DNA of 64,000 nucleotides from an uncultured Spirochaetales bacterium (GTDB lineage: Bacteria > Spirochaetota > Spirochaetia > Sphaerochaetales > Sphaerochaetaceae), in NCBI GenBank assembly GCA_944390025.1, contig CALXOK010000004.1, forward strand, positions 11,821-75,820. Direction: 5' to 3'. The translations under genes and the position numbers were made by a program. Below, one piece after another: positions 57,775 through 64,000 of this stretch; position 1 is the first letter of the stretch, and each line of letters starts with the position of its first letter. The notes beneath the pieces were generated by a model. The model did no database searches and had not been told where the DNA came from. It saw only the letters and a program-made list of their open reading frames with translations.

Positions 57775-58773
57775 TTATTTTGAGGCTAATGCCTTTTTGC
57801 TCGCTTCAAGAAGGGCTTTCTCCCTGTTTGTCTTTCTGATGTAGTCAGAGGTGAGGGCAAAGAGGAGGAGGGCGCCACGGGCCACATACTGCCAGAAGCT
57901 GGGTACGTTGACCATGATCAGCCCTGTGTTGAAAGCCTGGATGAGAATGACACCGAGTATTGTTCCAACCATGTCTCCGACACCGCCTGTGAATGAGACA
58001 CCGCCGAGGACAACTGCCGTGATGGCATCAAATTCAAGGTTGACATTTGCAGCCGGCTGACCGGAATGCATTCTTGATGAGAAGACGATACCTCCGAGTG
58101 CTGTGACAATACCCATCATCACAAACAGGATTGTTACGATGCGCTGCGGGTTGAGACCGGCAAGTCTTGCTGCATCTTTGTTGCCGCCAATTGCATAGAC
58201 ACTGCGTCCGAATTTAGTCTTCGCAAGAATGAGACCGAAGATGAGAATCAGGATGAGCATAATCCATACGGAAAGTGGAATAGAGAGGATTCTCGTTGCT
58301 CCGATAGAGATATATGCTGAATTCGTGATGCTGACCGGACGTCCGTCACACAGGATATATGCAAAACCCCTGAAAACAAACTGGGTGACAAGTGTTGCAA
58401 TGAAGGCCTCAATCTTGATTTTGTTGACCATCCATGAGTTGAAAATTCCGACGGCGGCACCGGCGGCCAGTGTGATGAGTGCTGCAATCACGAAAGGTAG
58501 CCCCATGCCCACGAGTGTTGCACACAGGACTCCTGTGAATGCTGCGACGGATCCCGGGGAAAGATCGTTCTGTCCGGCAATGATCAGGTAGGTGTGTCCG
58601 ATTGCGACCAGACCGATGAGTGAGGCGGCGACAAGGATGTTCACGAAGTTGGTCCAGGAAAAATAGTTCCCGTTCAGTGACGTGAAAATTGCCACGACTA
58701 TAATCAGGGCGACGATGAGAATTAGCTTGTCACCCGGTATGAATCTTTTGACTTTCTGCCAGATATTTTTCAT
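57775..58773 (-). CDS. Sugar ABC permease (AraH/RbsC-like)
   Basis: DLSPGS, FIATL, TKFGRSVYAIGGN..AARLAG, ITAVVLGGVS..GG.G. Confidence 0.9.
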   Translation of the reverse strand: MKNIWQKVKRFIPGDKLILIVALIIVVAIFTSLNGNYFSWTNFVNILVAASLIGLVAIGHTYLIIAGQNDLSPGSVAAFTGVLCATLVGMGLPFVIAALITLAAGAAVGIFNSWMVNKIKIEAFIATLVTQFVFRGFAYILCDGRPVSITNSAYISIGATRILSIPLSVWIMLILILIFGLILAKTKFGRSVYAIGGNKDAARLAGLNPQRIVTILFVMMGIVTALGGIVFSSRMHSGQPAANVNLEFDAITAVVLGGVSFTGGVGDMVGTILGVILIQAFNTGLIMVNVPSFWQYVARGALLLFALTSDYIRKTNREKALLEASKKALASK

Positions 58774-60305
58774 CAGTTTGTACCTCCTTCACTCATTGCA
58801 AGCGAGAGCAGACGCTCTTCAGTTGCATCCTCTCTTTTCACTTCACCTTTCACCGTGAGATTCCCCATGACTATGATTCTGTCGCTGAGACCGATGATTT
58901 CAGGCAGCTCTGAAGAAATCAGAATCACACCAAGACCCTGCTTCGCGAAGCTGCAGATCATCTGGTAGAACTCACTTTTAGCACCGACATCTATACCTTT
59001 TGTCGGTTCGTCGAGAATCAGAACCTTCGGGTTTGTCGCCATCCATCTGGCGACGATGCATTTCTGCTGGTTGCCTCCCGAAAGCTCTACAATCTTCTTC
59101 TGTGCATTCGGAGTCTTGATTGCGAAGTTGCTGATTCCCTCATCAACAATACTTTCTTCCTTCTTTGTATCCAGAACGCCAAGTGCGTTCGAGTTCTGGT
59201 CAAGCATTGAAATCGTGATGTTCTTCGCAACATCAAGATTGGCCAGGATTCCCTGCGTCTTTCTGTCTTCCGGAACGTAGACAATACCGTTTCTCATTGC
59301 ATCATGCGGGCTCTTGTTAACGATTTCCTTTCCTTCAAGGAAAATCTTTCCGCCAGTCATTCTGTCGGCTCCGATGATTGCCCTCATGAGCTCAGTACGT
59401 CCGGCTCCCACCAGTCCGGAGAATCCGAGAACCTCGCCCTTATGCAGGGAGAAGGAGACAGGATCGACATAATCGCTTGAAACATTCTCGACTTTCAGCA
59501 GTTCCTCTCCGATTGTCTTGTTCCTGTCCAGATTGTCGTAAATGTCGCCAAGGTCACGGCCGACCATCATGCGGATCATCTCTGCTTCTGAAGTTGATTT
59601 CGCATCAACTGTATTCACATAACGGCCATCCTTGAAGATTGCAACTTTATCAGCGATTCTCTTGATCTCACTCATTCTGTGGGACACGTAGATAACGACT
59701 TTTCCATCATCACGCAACTTCTCGATAATCTTGAAAAGAACATCAATCTCCGCATCTGAAAGCGAGGCTGTCGGCTCATCAAAGCAGATGACTTTCAGAT
59801 TGTCCCTGCTGTAGGCTTTCATGATTTCCACCATCTGCTGATAGGCGATGGAAAGATCCTTGACCTTGGTCTGAGCCCTGATAGGAAGGCCGAAATCCTT
59901 TATGATTTCCTCTGCTTTCCTGTTTGCTTCTCTGATGTCAATCCAGCCGAATCTGTTTGCAGGCATACGTCCGAGGAAGATATTCTCTGCGGCCGAAAGC
60001 TCCATGAGAATCTGGCGTTCCTGATAGATGACGCTCACTCCGGCTTCAATGGCTTCATGCGGACTCTTGAAATGCACGCTCTGTCCGTCCAGAAGGTATT
60101 CTCCGCTTGTCGCCTGATAGTCTCCGTTCAGCGTCTTGAGAAGGGTGGATTTTCCGGCACCGTTCTCTCCTAGAAAGGCAAGAACCTCTCCTCCCTCAGC
60201 ACGGAAAGAGACATTGTCAAGGGCCTTGACGCCAGGGAAATACTTTGTAATGTTTCGGAATTCAACACTGTGTCCCACTCTTTCCTTATCTCCTTTTGCG
60301 TTCAT
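58773..60305 (-). CDS. Sugar ABC ATPase (AraG/RbsA-like)
   Basis: GENGAGKSTL, FDEPTASLS, LSGGNQQK, DEPTKGIDVGAK. Confidence 0.92.
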   Translation of the reverse strand: MNAKGDKERVGHSVEFRNITKYFPGVKALDNVSFRAEGGEVLAFLGENGAGKSTLLKTLNGDYQATSGEYLLDGQSVHFKSPHEAIEAGVSVIYQERQILMELSAAENIFLGRMPANRFGWIDIREANRKAEEIIKDFGLPIRAQTKVKDLSIAYQQMVEIMKAYSRDNLKVICFDEPTASLSDAEIDVLFKIIEKLRDDGKVVIYVSHRMSEIKRIADKVAIFKDGRYVNTVDAKSTSEAEMIRMMVGRDLGDIYDNLDRNKTIGEELLKVENVSSDYVDPVSFSLHKGEVLGFSGLVGAGRTELMRAIIGADRMTGGKIFLEGKEIVNKSPHDAMRNGIVYVPEDRKTQGILANLDVAKNITISMLDQNSNALGVLDTKKEESIVDEGISNFAIKTPNAQKKIVELSGGNQQKCIVARWMATNPKVLILDEPTKGIDVGAKSEFYQMICSFAKQGLGVILISSELPEIIGLSDRIIVMGNLTVKGEVKREDATEERLLSLAMSEGGTN

Positions 60306-60374
60306 GGTATTATGGTTTTCCGGACCTTACATTATTGATAATTGCTCTGTTTTTGCGAAAAACTGCTCAATTCA

Positions 60375-61064
60375 TCACATAATCTTATAACGTGCCCAGC
60401 TTTCAGTGGCACTCAGTCCGGCACGTATTTTATCAGCAACGAAATTCTCTCCTGTAGCCTTTTCATAAGCCATCTGGATAACCTCATCCTCAATCTGCTG
60501 TGGAATGATGACCACTCCGTCATAATCCCCGAATACGATGTCTCCGGGATTCACCAGTACGCCTTCAGCTTCCACCGGAACCCTGTAGTCAAGGACCTTT
60601 CCCCTGGGACCCTGATCCTGGGCGTAGGGCCCTCTTGAGAATACTGGCATTCCGAGACTGAGGATTCCTCTTGTGTCACGGTGAAAACCATTGACGACGC
60701 TGCCTGCTGCCTTTCTGATCTTCATTCTTGTGCACATAATCTCCCCGATAAGCGCATAGCTGAGTGAAGAAGAAGGGCAGATGTAGACTTCGTCTTCCTG
60801 AATGTCATCCAGGGCCTCAAGCATCATGCCGAAGTTGTGCTCAAGCAGGCTGTTATGTCCTCCTGTGGTAGTGAAACCCGTCACATCCGCTTCAAGCACA
60901 GGCATGCAGCGCCCGGCGATTACCATGTCATCCTTCAGAGGTCTGACCTGAGGAGGCAGAAACTGGTGGGTGCGGCCCATCTTGTCGAGAATGTCTCCTA
61001 CAACAGAAGTGTAGAGTTGTGTCTTCATTAGGCTGAACAATTCCTTGTCATTGCTGTAAAGCAT
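60375..61064 (-). CDS. RraA / HMG-CHA aldolase family protein
   Basis: VGDILD, ALIGEIM, GFHRD, VNPGDIVFGDYDGVVIIP. Confidence 0.85.
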   Translation of the reverse strand: MLYSNDKELFSLMKTQLYTSVVGDILDKMGRTHQFLPPQVRPLKDDMVIAGRCMPVLEADVTGFTTTGGHNSLLEHNFGMMLEALDDIQEDEVYICPSSSLSYALIGEIMCTRMKIRKAAGSVVNGFHRDTRGILSLGMPVFSRGPYAQDQGPRGKVLDYRVPVEAEGVLVNPGDIVFGDYDGVVIIPQQIEDEVIQMAYEKATGENFVADKIRAGLSATESWARYKIM

Positions 61065-61078
61065 CGTTTTCCTCCCTT

Positions 61079-62743
61079 TTACCTGATTCTCGCGCCATGG
61101 CTTGCTGATGTGCTGATTCTTCTGTAGACAGACAGGTACCCGTCCGGAATTTCCTTTTCAACCGGTTTCCATTCCTGTCTTCGTTTTTCTATTTCCTCAT
61201 TGCTGACAAGCAGCTCCAGTACTCCTTTTCTTATGTCGATATGCACCATATCCCCGTCTTGAACCAGGGCAATAAGACCGCCTTCAGCCGCTTCTGGCGA
61301 GATATGTCCTGCAAAAAGGCCTCTGTTCGAGCCCGAGAAGCGTCCGTCTGTTATAAGAGCACAGCTGTCAGACAGACCCATACCTTCAAGTGCCTTCATG
61401 GCCCGGTACATTTCAGGCATCCCTGGACCGCCTTTGGGGCCTTCATACCTGAGTACCAGACAGGTTGATGGCCTGATGGATGATGACATGATTCCTTCGA
61501 CAGCCTCCTGCTCACTGTTGAAAACACGGCAGGCAAGGGTGACATCCATCAGGTTCTGCGGGATTGCCGCAGGCTTTGCTATTGCGCCTTCCTCTGCAAG
61601 ATTTCCTGTAAGCACGGCCAGACCTCCTGTCGGGCTGAAGGGAGAATCCAGATTCCTGATCACATCCCGGTTGCAAGTGCCTTTTGCGGAGGAAAGGTTT
61701 TCCTTCACACTGCGCCCGGTGACAGTCAGACAGTCAGCAGACAGAAGGCTTTCCAGCTCCTTCATTACCGCTTCGACCCCTCCAGCGTGATGGTAATCCA
61801 CCATGTCGTATTCGCTGGCAGGATAGATGGAGGCAATCTGTGCTGTGGCGGCTGCAATCTCACCGATGAGCTTCAGTGAAAGTTCTCCAAGTCCTGCATC
61901 TTCATATATTGCCTGGATATGCATTACCGCATTTGTGCTTCCTCCTGTTGCGAAGACGACTTTCAGCGCGTTGATGAGAGCCTCTCTTGTCATGATCATG
62001 CGGCTTGTAATGCCTTTTTTCACCAGGTTCACCGCCTCGATGCCTGTCCTGTATGCCCAGTCCAGACGTTCACTGTCCACAGCCGGTATCGTGGCGCACC
62101 CCGGCAGGCTCATTCCCATGGCTTCTGCCGCACAGCACATAGTGTTCGCAGTGCCGAGCATCGCACATGAGCCGAAACAGGGTTCTGCAATGTTTTCAAT
62201 GCGTTTGAACTCCTCGCTGTCTATAAGTCCGCGTTCTTTCCATCCAAGTGCTTCTGTGATGATGTTTCCATCCCAGTGCCTGCCTTTGTAGACTGCGGGA
62301 TACATCGGACCTGCATTGCAAAAAATTGCACTTATGTCCAGCCTTGCCGCCGCCATGAGCATTCCCGGTACAATCTTGTCGCAGCTTCCAAGCAGGACAA
62401 GACCGTCAAAGCCATGGCTTCTGGTCATGCATTCAATGCTTGAGGCGATAAGATCACGGGAGGGCAGGATGTAGCGCATGGCTTCGCTTCCTTCTGCAAT
62501 TCCGTCACAGGGCGCTATGCAGCCGAATGTCATTGCGGTTCCTCCGGCATCCCTGATTCCGTCTTTTACACGCTCAGCGACCCTGTTCAGTCCTGCATGG
62601 CCCGGGTTTGCATCACTCCAGCTGTCAGCAATTCCGATAACAGGTTTCTTCAGGTCTTCATCTGTAAAGCCGCAGGCTTTGTAAAGGGCTCTTTTGAGAG
62701 CTCCCTTGTCACCTTTGAGGCGCTGGTTGTAATAGTCATTCAT
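61079..62743 (-). CDS. IlvD/Edd family dehydratase (probably sugar-acid dehydratase)
   Basis: [50 protein letters not shown]. Confidence 0.9.
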   Translation of the reverse strand: MNDYYNQRLKGDKGALKRALYKACGFTDEDLKKPVIGIADSWSDANPGHAGLNRVAERVKDGIRDAGGTAMTFGCIAPCDGIAEGSEAMRYILPSRDLIASSIECMTRSHGFDGLVLLGSCDKIVPGMLMAAARLDISAIFCNAGPMYPAVYKGRHWDGNIITEALGWKERGLIDSEEFKRIENIAEPCFGSCAMLGTANTMCCAAEAMGMSLPGCATIPAVDSERLDWAYRTGIEAVNLVKKGITSRMIMTREALINALKVVFATGGSTNAVMHIQAIYEDAGLGELSLKLIGEIAAATAQIASIYPASEYDMVDYHHAGGVEAVMKELESLLSADCLTVTGRSVKENLSSAKGTCNRDVIRNLDSPFSPTGGLAVLTGNLAEEGAIAKPAAIPQNLMDVTLACRVFNSEQEAVEGIMSSSIRPSTCLVLRYEGPKGGPGMPEMYRAMKALEGMGLSDSCALITDGRFSGSNRGLFAGHISPEAAEGGLIALVQDGDMVHIDIRKGVLELLVSNEEIEKRRQEWKPVEKEIPDGYLSVYRRISTSASHGARIR

Positions 62744-63498
62744 ACGAAATCATTCGCAGCGACGACAGGCAGCGTCGCTCCTCCGTCCATAAGTACTGTA
62801 TTGCCTGTCATGTATGCCGCCTCATCGCTTGCGACATAGGATACAAGGGAGGCCACTTCTTCCATGGATGCAAAGCGCCTGAAGGGAAGGCGGCTTTCAG
62901 CCTCAAGCCTGATGTCTCCTTTCAGCCATCCGACATTCGTGTATCCCGGTGCGACCGCAACCATCCTGATTCCATAAAGGGAAAGTTCCATCGCCGCATT
63001 CTTCGTGAACTTGCTTACAGCGGCCTTTGTCGGAGCATAAATCGTAGCTCTCGGCCAGCAGCCTTCTGTCTGGTTTGATGAGATGTTTACAATAACTCCT
63101 TTTATGCCGCGCTCAATCATGCTTCTCGCGGCAAACTGACTGGAGAAATAAAGACCTTTCCAGTCGATTGCTGTCATCCGGTCGAAATCCTCTTCAGTGG
63201 CGTCAATGAAATAGACTTCTGAGGAAATACCCGCATTATTGACGACAAGGTCGATTTTCCCGAATCTCTCAAGAGCCTGATCATACATCTTCCTTATCTG
63301 GCTTACACAGGCCATGTCCGCCTGTACAGCCAGAGCCTTCCGTCCGATGCTCTCTATTTCCTGGACAATCTGGCTTGCTTCCTGAGGCCGTGAATGATAG
63401 TTCGCGACAATATCATAGCCATCCCGGGCAAGTCTCAGGGCAATGGCTGAGCCTATGCCTTTTGCCGCTCCTGTCACCAGGGCTGTTCTGTTTTCCAT
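62740..63498 (-). CDS. Short-chain dehydrogenase/reductase
   Basis: [21 protein letters not shown]. Confidence 0.92.
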   Translation of the reverse strand: MENRTALVTGAAKGIGSAIALRLARDGYDIVANYHSRPQEASQIVQEIESIGRKALAVQADMACVSQIRKMYDQALERFGKIDLVVNNAGISSEVYFIDATEEDFDRMTAIDWKGLYFSSQFAARSMIERGIKGVIVNISSNQTEGCWPRATIYAPTKAAVSKFTKNAAMELSLYGIRMVAVAPGYTNVGWLKGDIRLEAESRLPFRRFASMEEVASLVSYVASDEAAYMTGNTVLMDGGATLPVVAANDFV

Positions 63499-64000
63499 AG
63501 ATAATCCTCCTTCTTTTTCAAGTCAGTGTTCAGCATGTAAAGACAGCCTTTCCCGCTGCTGTCTTCTCCGCTTGTGAGGAACATTCTTCCATCATCCGTG
63601 AGACAGACGGATGAAAGACTTGTCTTGAAACCTGAAATCCTTTTCTCCTCAGCAAGTGTTGAGGCCTCAAGGATACACAGCTGACCGGTGTTCCACAGTG
63701 CGCTGAGCACATGTCCGTCTCTGTCCAGGCACAGTCCGTCAGGACATTGTCCGGCAAGCCTGATTCTCTTTATCAGTCTTGGCCTGCCTTCTTTGAGCGA
63801 ATACCTGCTTACTGAATCAGAAATGGAATCGATGTGGATGAATTCATTTGATGAGATAAAGCCAAGTCCGTTGGGAATCCCGCACCTATCCAGTATGACT
63901 TCAAACCCGTCTCGTGTGATTCTGTACAAAGACCCTTCATCCTTTCTGGGGCCGTTGATTCTCATGCTTCCCATGAAAAGTGAGCCATCCGGCGCAAGCG
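63474..64000 (-). CDS. SMP-30/gluconolactonase family protein (5' end beyond the window)
   Basis: Frame open to the edge: APDGSLFMGSM, GSLYR, PNGLG, PDGLCLD.DG. Confidence 0.82.
   Translation of the reverse strand, partial: LAPDGSLFMGSMRINGPRKDEGSLYRITRDGFEVILDRCGIPNGLGFISSNEFIHIDSISDSVSRYSLKEGRPRLIKRIRLAGQCPDGLCLDRDGHVLSALWNTGQLCILEASTLAEEKRISGFKTSLSSVCLTDDGRMFLTSGEDSSGKGCLYMLNTDLKKKEDYLWKTEQPW

Noticed and set aside
61079-62743. Biosynthetic ilvD
   Set aside because: The context of lactonase, SDR, aldolase and sugar ABC favours a catabolic sugar-acid dehydratase; symbol withheld

Overview
A 64-kb, gene-dense bacterial chromosome segment of roughly 50% GC. It most likely comes from an anaerobic spirochaete (Sphaerochaetaceae/Treponema-like), based on archaeal-type PheRS, a circularly permuted MglB, Lnt and beta-barrel proteins. 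Contents from left to right: an mglBAC sugar ABC operon; housekeeping and membrane genes including a Fic protein with a fused inhibitory helix; a purine-salvage operon (hpt, xpt-like, purA, purB); a fused 2-oxoacid dehydrogenase E1; pheST; tRNA-Gly(CCC); a lipoprotein plus beta-barrel pair; manA, lnt and ung; a polar amino-acid ABC transporter; and a YesM/YesN two-component pair. Two catabolic regions follow. The first is a candidate LacI-controlled regulon (two atypical ICL/PEP-mutase paralogs, a Liv-type ABC transporter, PanE-like, YhcH, cupin and an atypical cyclase). It is tied together by a shared 20-bp operator and interrupted by an AT-rich SF1 helicase-nuclease gene, a candidate defence gene. 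The second is an oxidative pentose (arabinose-like) pathway with an RraA-type aldolase. No CRISPR array, rRNA or transposase was seen. All product calls rest on motif recognition by eye; no database search was run.
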